A stretch of 64,000 nt of DNA from Patescibacteria group bacterium (lineage in GTDB: Bacteria; Patescibacteriota; Minisyncoccia; Phycocordibacterales; UBA2100): assembly GCA_038064835.1 (NCBI GenBank), contig JBBTSD010000011.1:1320-65319 (forward strand), in the 5' to 3' direction. Position numbers and translations under genes: made by a program. The notes beneath the pieces are model-generated. The model searched no databases, was not told where the DNA came from, and was given only the letters and a program-made list of their open reading frames with translations. Of this stretch, positions 8,817 to 17,526 are shown piece by piece. The first letter of the stretch is position 1; every line of letters begins with the position of its first letter.

Positions 8817-8872
8817 AAAAAATGGTGTCAGGTACCTTTTTCCCTGGGAATTAATTGTACCTGACACTATTC
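8817..8872. repeat. REP type 1 inverted doublet (REPIN/MITE-like)
   Basis: AATGGTGTCAGGTAC-21 nt-GTACCTGACACTATT. Confidence 0.85.
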
Positions 8873-8911
8873 TCCTCCATCATTATTCTCCAAAAGCGAA
8901 AAAGAGCTATC

Positions 8912-9367
8912 TCAAGAAAGAGCCTTGCTGAATTGATCAAACGCATCTCCTTCTAGATATTTTTTTGCAGTATCACTAGTCTGTTTAGACAGAGTCATTT
9001 TCTCGAATACTTCCGTACCAAGCATTGTACGAATTTGTTCGTCGTTGGATTTGTTATATGTATCGTTTACAAAATCGAACGCTTTTTTTACTACAGGGTC
9101 TGAATCTGAAGCCTGTGCTATTTTGTTCACAAAGAAATCCCCGAAAACCCCGAAATGCAGATAGGGATTCTCTTTGCCCCAAAGGACATAGTCTTTGTAT
9201 TCCTTAAACTCAGGAATGTATTCGATTACGGTATCGCAAAGATTGATAGCAGGTTGATATCGAGCAAAATCTATAGGTTCACCAGGCAAGCCGCTTTTCT
9301 TATGAAGCTCTATAAGCTGATCTTTTAGTTGCTGTGTTTTTTCGTGTAAGTTATCTCTGTTAGCCAT
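8912..9367 (-). CDS. Putative immunity protein
   Basis: 151-aa AT-rich helical ORF starting 4 nt after the Rhs-CT stop. Confidence 0.7.
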   Translation of the reverse strand: MANRDNLHEKTQQLKDQLIELHKKSGLPGEPIDFARYQPAINLCDTVIEYIPEFKEYKDYVLWGKENPYLHFGVFGDFFVNKIAQASDSDPVVKKAFDFVNDTYNKSNDEQIRTMLGTEVFEKMTLSKQTSDTAKKYLEGDAFDQFSKALS

Positions 9368-9371
9368 AAAT

Positions 9372-10630
9372 TTATTTTAGAACTTTTGCCGCCTCTGAGA
9401 CAGCCTTTGCCGCATTATTTACAAGAGTTTGTATTGCTCGCAAATCCCCCTGACTTACACTTCCGCTTTTAAGAACATTGCTTAAACCATTTAATGTATC
9501 CATCATTTTTGTGAAATGCATCTTGCCACCAGTGGGTATATTCGTAATTATCTCGTTTCTGACAGCACCAAAAGTACCGCCTGAAATTTTGTCCGTCGTC
9601 TGATACGTATTATTGATAATATTAATAAGTTTTGGATTCGTCACTCCTTTCGAAATCTGATCTGCGTATCTTGCAGATTGTTGGCCGACAGTTCCGCAAA
9701 ACACTAAACATGCGGTACCCAAACCACCCGCATATTCCGTACTGAGATAAGTAAGGCCTGCTACACCTCCATATGCTACGGTCCCGGAACCCACTCCGAT
9801 TACCGCTCCAGTTGTATATGGATTATTCATTGCATAGTTCCAAGCGGGGCTTTGCTGACCAAGATAATTTGCTGCTTCCCCGACTTCTCCATAGAAGCTC
9901 GAGAATGATTGTTGCCCTGTTAGAACTTCTTTATACCAGCGGCCATTTGGATCATTCTGAGTTATAGGATTATCGCCAGCATAGCTATATGAATTTTGAG
10001 ACTGTGGATTTAAGAGTGCGGCCTTGCCATCTCTTGTCTGCCCAATCTCCCAAAACACCGGATCCTGACTCACAAACTGACCTCTGTTGTTTTGGAGGTA
10101 TCGGTTATTGAGATAACTAAGATCAACCGGCGCATCATCATAGCGTTCGCCGATGAATGTGCGACTGACTGGTCCAGCTCCAGAGTCGATGCGCTCTTCG
10201 CCGTAGGGGTAATAGTCGAGGGTCTTTGTGAGAGCACCATTTGCATCGGTCGTCACATTGGTGGAGCCAAGGTGATCAGGGTGGATGTAGTATGTGCTGG
10301 TGGCAAGGCCGGTACTCTCGATGTATGCGGTGAGGGTGCCGTCGGGGAGATAGATGTAGGCGGTGGTGGTGGAGGGGGTAATCTCGAAGTACCTGTTGGG
10401 GTAGGTGGTGGTGGCGGTGCCGTTCCCCTTCGCTACTCTCTGCTCGGTGTGGTCGTATTGGAAGAAGGTGGTGGTGGTAGTTGCGACTTTGGTGAGGTGG
10501 TTCTTGTGGTCGTAGGTGTAGGTGGTGGAGAGGTATGAGGTGAGGTTGCCGTTTTCGTCGTAGGTGAGGGGGTTGCCGTCTATGGCAGTGGGGGCGTGGG
10601 GGTTGGCATAGCTGGTGTTTGCGTAGGTGT
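9372..10630 (-). pseudogene. 5'-truncated Rhs/YD-repeat protein: end of core plus C-terminal toxin
   Basis: YDENGNL, YTYD, YYIHPDHLGST, DYYPYG, FIGERYD, FVSQDP, NSYSYAGDNP, DPNG; Rhs-like sequence starts abruptly at the REP at 10634. Confidence 0.85.
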
Positions 10631-10633
10631 GAA

Positions 10634-10655
10634 AAAATGGTGTCAGGTACCTTTT
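10634..10655. repeat. REP type 1 (GTGTCAGG orientation)
   Basis: AAAATGGTGTCAGGTACCTTTT, identical to 8819-8840. Confidence 0.88.
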
Positions 10656-10722
10656 TCCCCACGCTATTTCTTCTCCATGTCCCATGCACGGTGATATGGA
10701 CAGTGCGCAGGGGGAGAACAAA

Positions 10723-10755
10723 GAAAGCGCGGCCTTGGGCCACGCTTTCTTTGTT
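10723..10755. repeat. 33-bp hairpin / direct repeat, right flank of island
   Basis: GAAAGCGCGGCC-TTG-GGCCACGCTTTCTTTGTT, part of a longer hairpin (about 10712-10760). Confidence 0.75.
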
Positions 10756-10913
10756 CTCCCCATCACACAAGCAAGTGGGTGATAACCTGCGGAGACTGCG
10801 CAGGCGCACGAGCACGGTCCGCGCGAAGTAGCGGTCGTGCGCCGAGCCATGAGGGTCTGCCCGCTGGGGCAGAACCCGTGCTCCGCAGGTTACTCATCCG
10901 CGCGCGAAACCTT

Positions 10914-11074
10914 ATACCATCGACAAGTAAGGTCTGAACAAAAGTCGCAGAAAATTGTGGGTACGGCGAAGAAGAAAAAAGTGAGATATATCCGCAGATA
11001 CATTGAGCTTTTTTCTTCGAGTCGTAGCCATAATTTTCAAGACTTGGTGTTCAGAGATTAGTTGGAGATGGTAT
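10914..11074. repeat. 161-bp ERIC-like palindromic element, copy 1
   Basis: ATACCATC...GATGGTAT termini, imperfect hairpin along its whole length; overlaps the groEL stop codon by 1 nt. Confidence 0.9.
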
Positions 11075-12741
11075 TACATCATCCCGTCCATGTCTCCCCC
11101 GCCCATTCCCCCTCCGTGTCCATGACTTCCCTTCTTTTCGTCTTCAGGTTCGTCAGCGACAGCGGCTTCTGTGGTGAGGAGTACTGCTGCGGCAGAGGCT
11201 GCGTTTTCAACACCGCTGCGAGTAACTTTCACTGGATCGATAATGCCTGCTTCAAACATATCGACAATCTTTGGTTCCGCATCGTCACCCGACGCATCGT
11301 AGCCAAAGCTTGCGCCTTTTGCTGCGACGGCACGCACCACAGCGGTCACATCTTCGCGACCCGCGTTTGCGGCAATCTGCTTGAGTGGCGCATACAATGC
11401 CTGCACCAAAATGCGATAGCCGATGGTGTGCTCGTCATGCGCCTTTGGATCGATTTTCTTCGAGAGCTTCTCGGCAACCTTGACCAGCGCCGCGCCGCCT
11501 CCTGGCACGATACCTTCGGCAATAGCGGCCTTGGTCGCGTTCACGGCATCTTCAATTTTATCCTTGAGATACTTCATCTCGGTCTCGGTTGCGGCACCCA
11601 CACGGATGACCGCAACACCGCCAGAGAGCTTGGCGAGGCGCTCCTCAAGCTTCTCGCGATCGAATTTCGAATCAGTGTTTTCAATTTGTTTCTTGATTTG
11701 TCCGATGCGCGCTTCGATGTCGGCCTTCTTGCCCTTACCACCGACAATCACTGTGTTGTCTTTAGTCGCTACAACTCGTGTGGCCTTTCCAAGCATGTTC
11801 AGCTCAACCTTGTCGAGTTTGAGACCAACTTCTTCGGAAATAACCTGCGCACCGATAGTAGCGGCGATATCTGCAAGCATTTCTTTCTTGCGGTCACCGT
11901 ATCCTGGTGCCTTTACCGCGAGAACATTGAAGACTCCACGCAACTTGTTGACCACAAATGTGGCAAGCGCTTCACCTTCGACATCATCGGCAATAATCAC
12001 CAAATCTTTCTTGCCTGTCTGGAGCAATTTTTCGAGAAGCGGGACAATAGTCTGAACCGTCGCGATTTTTCCATCAGTGACGAGAATTGGCACATCCTTG
12101 AGCTCCGATTCCATGCGCTCGGGATTTGTCACCATGTACGCCGAGACAAAGCCGCGGTCGAATTCCATACCTTCGACAATCTCCTTTTCGATTCCCATGG
12201 TCTGCGACTCTTCGACAGTGACAACGCCATCCTTGCCAACCTTTTCGATAGTGTCGGCAATTGTCTCGCCCAACTCTGCAGATTCTGAAGAAATGGTAGC
12301 GACTTGACGGAACTCTGCCTTGCTCTTTACCTCTCGGGCCATTGTGCGAAGCGCTTCGACTGCATCTGCCGCGGCATCCTCTATCCCACGACGCACCATC
12401 ATCGCGTTTGCGCCCATCGCTGTGCGCTTGAGTCCTTCGGAAACGATTGCTTGCATCAGAACCACCGCCGTGGTGGTGCCATCACCTGCTTTGTCGTTCG
12501 TCTTGGTAGCAACTTCTTTCACCACTTCTGCACCCATGTTGGCAAAGCGATCCTTGAGAGAAATTTCTTTTGCAATAGATACACCGTCGTTTGTGATACG
12601 AGGGCCACCAAACGACTTGTCGAGTGCGACATTCCGTCCGCGGGGCCCCAGAGTGACGCGCACTGCGTTTGCAACGGTGTCTACACCGCGCTTGAGCGCC
12701 TCGCGCACATCCTGGCCGAACATAACTTGTTTTGATGCCAT
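11074..12741 (-). CDS. groEL: Chaperonin GroEL
   Basis: TLGPRGRNV, AGDGTTTA, EGMEFDRG, GGM tail. Confidence 0.99.
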   Translation of the reverse strand: MASKQVMFGQDVREALKRGVDTVANAVRVTLGPRGRNVALDKSFGGPRITNDGVSIAKEISLKDRFANMGAEVVKEVATKTNDKAGDGTTTAVVLMQAIVSEGLKRTAMGANAMMVRRGIEDAAADAVEALRTMAREVKSKAEFRQVATISSESAELGETIADTIEKVGKDGVVTVEESQTMGIEKEIVEGMEFDRGFVSAYMVTNPERMESELKDVPILVTDGKIATVQTIVPLLEKLLQTGKKDLVIIADDVEGEALATFVVNKLRGVFNVLAVKAPGYGDRKKEMLADIAATIGAQVISEEVGLKLDKVELNMLGKATRVVATKDNTVIVGGKGKKADIEARIGQIKKQIENTDSKFDREKLEERLAKLSGGVAVIRVGAATETEMKYLKDKIEDAVNATKAAIAEGIVPGGGAALVKVAEKLSKKIDPKAHDEHTIGYRILVQALYAPLKQIAANAGREDVTAVVRAVAAKGASFGYDASGDDAEPKIVDMFEAGIIDPVKVTRSGVENAASAAAVLLTTEAAVADEPEDEKKGSHGHGGGMGGGDMDGMM

Positions 12742-12768
12742 AGATTGAGAAAATTTAATTTTTAAAGG

Positions 12769-13116
12769 CTACTTGATGATGGCGAGAATGTTTGCCTCGG
12801 CGACGATGTAATAGTCCTCGTCATTGATCTTTATTTCGTCGAACCCATATTTACTGAACATAATCGTATCGCCCACCTTGACGCGAACCGGCACGAGCTC
12901 ACCCTTGTCTGTGCGCTTGCCTTCGCCTACCGCAATTACCTCGCCTCGCTCTGGCTTCTCTTTGCGGGCAGTGTCGGGGATGATAATGCCACCAGCAGAG
13001 CGCTCGTCAGTTGCATCTTCCGGCTTGACGAGTACACGATCTCCCATTGGGAAAACATCAATCTTCTTTTCCGTTTTCTTGTCTTCACCCTTTCCGGTCT
13101 TGTTCGTTTTTGCCAT
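12769..13116 (-). CDS. groES: Co-chaperonin GroES
   Basis: PMGDRVLV..GGIIIPDTA.EKP..GEVIAVG..VKVGD. Confidence 0.98.
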   Translation of the reverse strand: MAKTNKTGKGEDKKTEKKIDVFPMGDRVLVKPEDATDERSAGGIIIPDTARKEKPERGEVIAVGEGKRTDKGELVPVRVKVGDTIMFSKYGFDEIKINDEDYYIVAEANILAIIK

Positions 13117-13271
13117 ATATACACTGACGATTACATTTATTTTTTGCTAATAACACTGTGGGCGGTTTCCCGCAACGCGTGCGGATTATATGGTGCACAG
13201 TCAGGTAGTGTCAATGCGTTGTGCTATATGCGTCCCCACCACGACACGCAACTTCTCGCAGCTACTATCGA

Positions 13272-13358
13272 GGAACCACTGGAGATAAGGTTTCTGGAGT
13301 GCACTCCAAGGCCGTTAGGCCGGTCTTACACTCCAGAAACCTTATCTCCAGTGGTTCC
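13272..13358. repeat. Long inverted-repeat element, copy 2 (30-bp perfect arms, short spacer)
   Basis: GGAACCACTGGAGATAAGGTTTCTGGAGTG and its exact reverse complement; shares the TAAGGTTTCTGGAGTG core and spacer words with 1425-1573 in inverted orientation. Confidence 0.88.
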
Positions 13359-13450
13359 CTACTCGGGACATGAGGGGTTACCGCGACAGTACATGCTTTA
13401 GGCTGGTTGACACATTGATTACCGTCCCCAACCCTGCTATACTCTTCCCG

Positions 13451-13684
13451 ATGGAATTACTGGCGACATACTTGCCATACATACAGATAGCCCTTTCGGC
13501 GCTTCTTATGGTTACCATACTCCTTCAGCGCACCGGGGCCTCTATGGGTGGTGCATTTGGAGCAGACAACTTCAGTTCAGGATTCCACACCCGTCGCGGT
13601 ATCGAGCGCACGCTCTTTAACGCCACTATCGTCATTGGTATACTTTTTGCACTGTCGGCAGTTCTCTCCTTGTTTATCAAGTAG
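13451..13684 (+). CDS. secG: Preprotein translocase subunit SecG
   Basis: Two TMs with ILLQ..GAS.GGAFG...HTRRGIE motif. Confidence 0.92.
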   Translation: MELLATYLPYIQIALSALLMVTILLQRTGASMGGAFGADNFSSGFHTRRGIERTLFNATIVIGILFALSAVLSLFIK

Positions 13685-13707
13685 CGCTCGCAGCCCGCAA
13701 CCCGCGC

Positions 13708-15501
13708 ATGATGCGCCCCGCCATGGAACCATCCCCTAGTAATCCACAATTTAATGCCTCACTCGAAACCACCTCTACATCAGGGGGGTCGCTTCATACA
13801 CATCACACGCTTCCCGGGTTGAGTTTTTTGGAGAAGTTACTCCGTTATTTTTCACCATTCGAGCGCGTCCTCCTGTATGGATTCTCACTCCTTCTTGCTG
13901 TGAGCACCTTTTTTCTGGTGGTGAACATGAATACACTTTTAACGAGTGATGTACCAGCGCCCGGCGGTACCTATACCGAAGGAATCGTCGGAACGCCACG
14001 ATTCGTCAACCCACTACTCGCCACATCCGATGCTGACCGTGATATTGTCGCCCTCACCTATTCAGGTCTCATGCGCGCGACGCCAGATGACACATTCATT
14101 CCCGATCTTGCTGAACATGTCGACATTAGTGAAGACGGCATGAGCTATACCTTTACTCTGCGTCCAGATGCGGTATTCCACGACGGCACACCAGTCACCG
14201 CGCGCGATGTGGTCTTTACCGTCGCCCTTGCGCAAAGTCCCGACACCAAGAGTCCTCGTCGACCTGATTGGGAAGGTGTCACCGTCGAGGCGCCCGACGA
14301 CCGCACTGTGCACATTACTCTGCCACATCCCTATGCTCCATTTATTGAAACGGCGACTCTGGGTATCTTGCCAGCGCATCTTTGGCAGAATGTAGCCCCA
14401 ACTGATTTTCCATTCCACGCACTCAACACAAATCCTATCGGCAGTGGTCCCTATGCAGTCGATCGCGTTCGCATCGACTCATCGGGCACACCCACGCGAA
14501 TGTCGTTGAAAGCATCGAAGACATTTACACTCGGTAAACCATTCATCACCACTATTATTCTAGATTTTTATCCAAACGCTGATGAATTGATTCGGGCAAT
14601 CACCAACGGTTCTGTCGAAGGCGCTGGCGGTGTTGCCACCGCCCGCATTTCAGAAATCACGCCCTATACTGCCCTCCTCCGTTCATCACTGCCGCGTATC
14701 TTTGCTCTCTTTTTGAATCCAGATAAAGCAACAATTTTTGCAGATGCGCCCATCCGCAGTGCGCTCGAACAATCAGTCGACCGCGGAGCATTGGTGAACG
14801 ACAACCTCAATGGGTATGGCGTATCGGTCAAAGGACCAGTCATCCCCGCATCAGTAGACAAAAATACAGGATCCACAACACCCCTCACCGGATTCGACCC
14901 CGCCGCCGCTCGCGCCAAGCTCGAGGCGGCGGGCTGGAAACCCGACGAAACAGGTCTTCTCAAGAAAAAAGGTGCATCTCTTGAGTTCTCGATTTCCACC
15001 AGTGATGCCCCCGAGCTTGCTGGTGTTGCCGACTCTCTCGCCCGCTCATGGCGTTCGATCGGTGCTGATGTACATGTGAAAGTATTCAGTGCAAGCGACC
15101 TCACCAATGCTGTTATTCGTCCTCGCGACTACCAAGCTCTTTTGTTTGGCGAAGTCATCGGGCGCAACTATGATTTGTACCCATTCTGGCACTCGTCCCA
15201 ACGGAACGACCCGGGGCTCAACCTGTCCTTGTATGCGAATGCAAAGGCTGATAAGCTACTCAGTGAGATTCGGAAAGAGAGCAATCGTCGCGCTCGCGCT
15301 ACCCTTGTCGAAGAATTTGTCGCGATTGTTGCAGAAGATAAGCCGGCAATCTTCCTCTTTGCTCCCGAGTTTGTCTACGCGCTTCCACATGACATGATGG
15401 GTGTCCGCTTAGGATCTCTTGGCACCCCATCGGAACGATTCGGTAATGTCTATGAATGGTACCGCAAGACAGAACGCGTGTGGGACATCTTCATAAAGTA
15501 G
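13708..15501 (+). CDS. ABC transporter peptide-binding protein (family 5)
   Basis: GGTYTEG, PDLAE, YTFTLR..FHDG.PVTA.DVVFT, PIGSGPY. Confidence 0.92.
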   Translation: MMRPAMEPSPSNPQFNASLETTSTSGGSLHTHHTLPGLSFLEKLLRYFSPFERVLLYGFSLLLAVSTFFLVVNMNTLLTSDVPAPGGTYTEGIVGTPRFVNPLLATSDADRDIVALTYSGLMRATPDDTFIPDLAEHVDISEDGMSYTFTLRPDAVFHDGTPVTARDVVFTVALAQSPDTKSPRRPDWEGVTVEAPDDRTVHITLPHPYAPFIETATLGILPAHLWQNVAPTDFPFHALNTNPIGSGPYAVDRVRIDSSGTPTRMSLKASKTFTLGKPFITTIILDFYPNADELIRAITNGSVEGAGGVATARISEITPYTALLRSSLPRIFALFLNPDKATIFADAPIRSALEQSVDRGALVNDNLNGYGVSVKGPVIPASVDKNTGSTTPLTGFDPAAARAKLEAAGWKPDETGLLKKKGASLEFSISTSDAPELAGVADSLARSWRSIGADVHVKVFSASDLTNAVIRPRDYQALLFGEVIGRNYDLYPFWHSSQRNDPGLNLSLYANAKADKLLSEIRKESNRRARATLVEEFVAIVAEDKPAIFLFAPEFVYALPHDMMGVRLGSLGTPSERFGNVYEWYRKTERVWDIFIK

Positions 15502-15626
15502 ATGGAACATCTCTGCGTCTTCGCTCGGAGGAAATGAAAGTCCATTTCGATTCCTTTCATTTCACTCCTCGCTAGCCGCAGTAATTATTAATTATTAGCA
15601 CTAGTCATTCGCACCAAGACATTGAT

Positions 15627-17486
15627 ATGACCCCACCGAAAAGCAGTGGCGCTCCTACACATCATGGAGGCCCGCGTCGCACAGGTAAACCAGGAGGAAG
15701 CCGTTTTCGTGGTGCCCCTCGTGGCCGCCGCCCAAACAAAATGGGTCCACTTCGCACTATCACCTCGTCCAACCCACACAAGAAGCATACGATTGTTCCC
15801 CCTCTCTTGCCTGGCAATATACGCATCATCCCTCTGGGAGGCGTCGAGGAAATCGGACGCAACATGACCGCAATTGAAATGGGTGACGACATCATCGTTG
15901 TTGATTGTGGCTTTGGATTCGGTAGCGAAAGCGACACACCAGGCGTTGATTACATACTCCCCAACACCGAATATCTTGAGGAGCACCGCGCCAAAATCCG
16001 TGCGATGGTTATCACGCACGGCCACCTTGATCACATTGGCGGTATCCCTTATATCATCGACCGTATCGGCAACCCTGCAATCTATACCCGCAAACTCACG
16101 GGCATGATGATTAAGAAGCGTCACGAAGAATTCGCACATCTCCCCACTGCAAACATCCGTGATGTTGAGAAAGACGAAAAAGTGCAAGTCGGAAACATGG
16201 TCATTCGTTTCTTCGCCGTGACCCACACCATTCCCGATTCGATGGGTGTCATTATTGAAACTCCATACGGTGATGTAGTAGTTACCGGCGATGTGAAGTT
16301 AGACCAGATGAATGGTGTGCCCAGTGATGAAGAGGCTCGGGAGTATGGGATTTTTAAAGATCGTAAAGTCCTTGTCCTTTTGATGGACTCGACCAATGTG
16401 GACAAGCCGGGATGGTCTATCTCGGAGCGCATCGTACATCAGACTCTTGAAGATCTAATTGTGCAGACCAAGGGTCGTGTGATTGTGGGGACATTTGCCT
16501 CGCAACTAGAACGCTTGATGAAAGTCGTACGCGTCGCAGAGGCTCACGGCAAAAAGATTGTCGTTGACGGTCGTAGTATGAAGACCAACATCGAAATTGT
16601 TCGCGAGCTCGGTATTCTCAAACACAAAGACGAAACCATTGTCCCTGTCGAACAAATGAAAGATTACCCGCCCGAGAAGCTCATCATCCTCGCAACAGGT
16701 GCCCAGGGCGACGAGTTCGCATCGCTGATGCGAATCGGGAACAAGACGCACAAATACATCACACTCACACCACGCGACACCGTAATTCTTTCGTCGTCTA
16801 TTATTCCCGGCAACGAACGCGCGGTGCAAAAATTGATGGACAGCCTTTCGCGACAAGGAGCCCACATCATCACCTATCAATCAAGTGATGTGCACACATC
16901 CGGCCACGGCTATCGCGAGGAGGCAAAGTGGATTCACCAGCAAGTGCGCCCAAAGTTCTTCATCCCCCAACACGGGTACCATTACAAACTCCGTATTCAT
17001 GCTGATTTGATGCGTGAGTCACTAGCGCTTGCCGACGACCATATTGTCGTCCCCGACAACAGCTCGGTTATTGAGGTGCAGGAAGAAGGGACCAAGCTCG
17101 TAAAACTGCGGGAAAAAGCACCAGACAGCATTCGTGTTGTCGAAGGACAATCTATTGGCGAGCTTTCCGATGTATTGATGCGTGACCGCAAGACACTTGC
17201 CGAGGAAGGTTTCTGCGTCGTGGTCGCCACCGTCGATCGTCGCACGGGTCGTCTCCACAAATCACCCGACATCATTTCTCGTGGGTTTGTATATCTGCGC
17301 GACAACCGCGATCTGATGGATCAAACCCGTCTCATCGTACGCAAGAGCGTCGAAGGGGCGCTCCGTCCACCAAAGACAAACGATCTCGACCAAGCGCGAG
17401 AAGATCTTTCCGAGACTGTCGCCCGCTTCCTCCTCCAACAAACAAACAAACGCCCGATTGTGATTCCTGTCATCGTGAGTATCTAG
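15627..17486 (+). CDS. rnj: Ribonuclease J
   Basis: PLGGVEEIGRNM, THGHLDHIGG, HTIPD, HTSGH, PDIISRGFVY. Confidence 0.97.
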   Translation: MTPPKSSGAPTHHGGPRRTGKPGGSRFRGAPRGRRPNKMGPLRTITSSNPHKKHTIVPPLLPGNIRIIPLGGVEEIGRNMTAIEMGDDIIVVDCGFGFGSESDTPGVDYILPNTEYLEEHRAKIRAMVITHGHLDHIGGIPYIIDRIGNPAIYTRKLTGMMIKKRHEEFAHLPTANIRDVEKDEKVQVGNMVIRFFAVTHTIPDSMGVIIETPYGDVVVTGDVKLDQMNGVPSDEEAREYGIFKDRKVLVLLMDSTNVDKPGWSISERIVHQTLEDLIVQTKGRVIVGTFASQLERLMKVVRVAEAHGKKIVVDGRSMKTNIEIVRELGILKHKDETIVPVEQMKDYPPEKLIILATGAQGDEFASLMRIGNKTHKYITLTPRDTVILSSSIIPGNERAVQKLMDSLSRQGAHIITYQSSDVHTSGHGYREEAKWIHQQVRPKFFIPQHGYHYKLRIHADLMRESLALADDHIVVPDNSSVIEVQEEGTKLVKLREKAPDSIRVVEGQSIGELSDVLMRDRKTLAEEGFCVVVATVDRRTGRLHKSPDIISRGFVYLRDNRDLMDQTRLIVRKSVEGALRPPKTNDLDQAREDLSETVARFLLQQTNKRPIVIPVIVSI

Positions 17487-17526
17487 TGCTCCAAGCACAC
17501 CGTGGAACTTGCAGTATACTGCCCCC

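Noticed and set aside
4090-10722. Integron or prophage as explanation for the cassette island
   Set aside because: No tyrosine integrase, attC-type GTTRRRY/RYYYAAC sites or phage structural genes are visible; the boundaries are REP sequences.
10810-10835. SRP RNA helix-8-like sequence
   Set aside because: It lacks the GNRA loop and exact CAGG/AGCAG pairing; kept only as an unknown structure.
10631-10850. N-terminal extension of the 492-aa Rhs ORF as a genuine Rhs N-terminus
   Set aside because: It runs through the REP and hairpin DNA and has no Rhs character.
11062-12288. 408-aa + strand ORF, and similar long antisense ORFs (1652-2368, 55889-56737, 61932-62723)
   Set aside because: These are shadows of genes on the opposite strand.
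13117-13270. CIRCE operator upstream of groES
   Set aside because: No TTAGCACTC-N9-GAGTGCTAA found.
15523-15575. GAGGAAATGAAAGTCC as RNase P RNA
   Set aside because: The gap is too short and the other conserved regions are absent; it is a simple hairpin.
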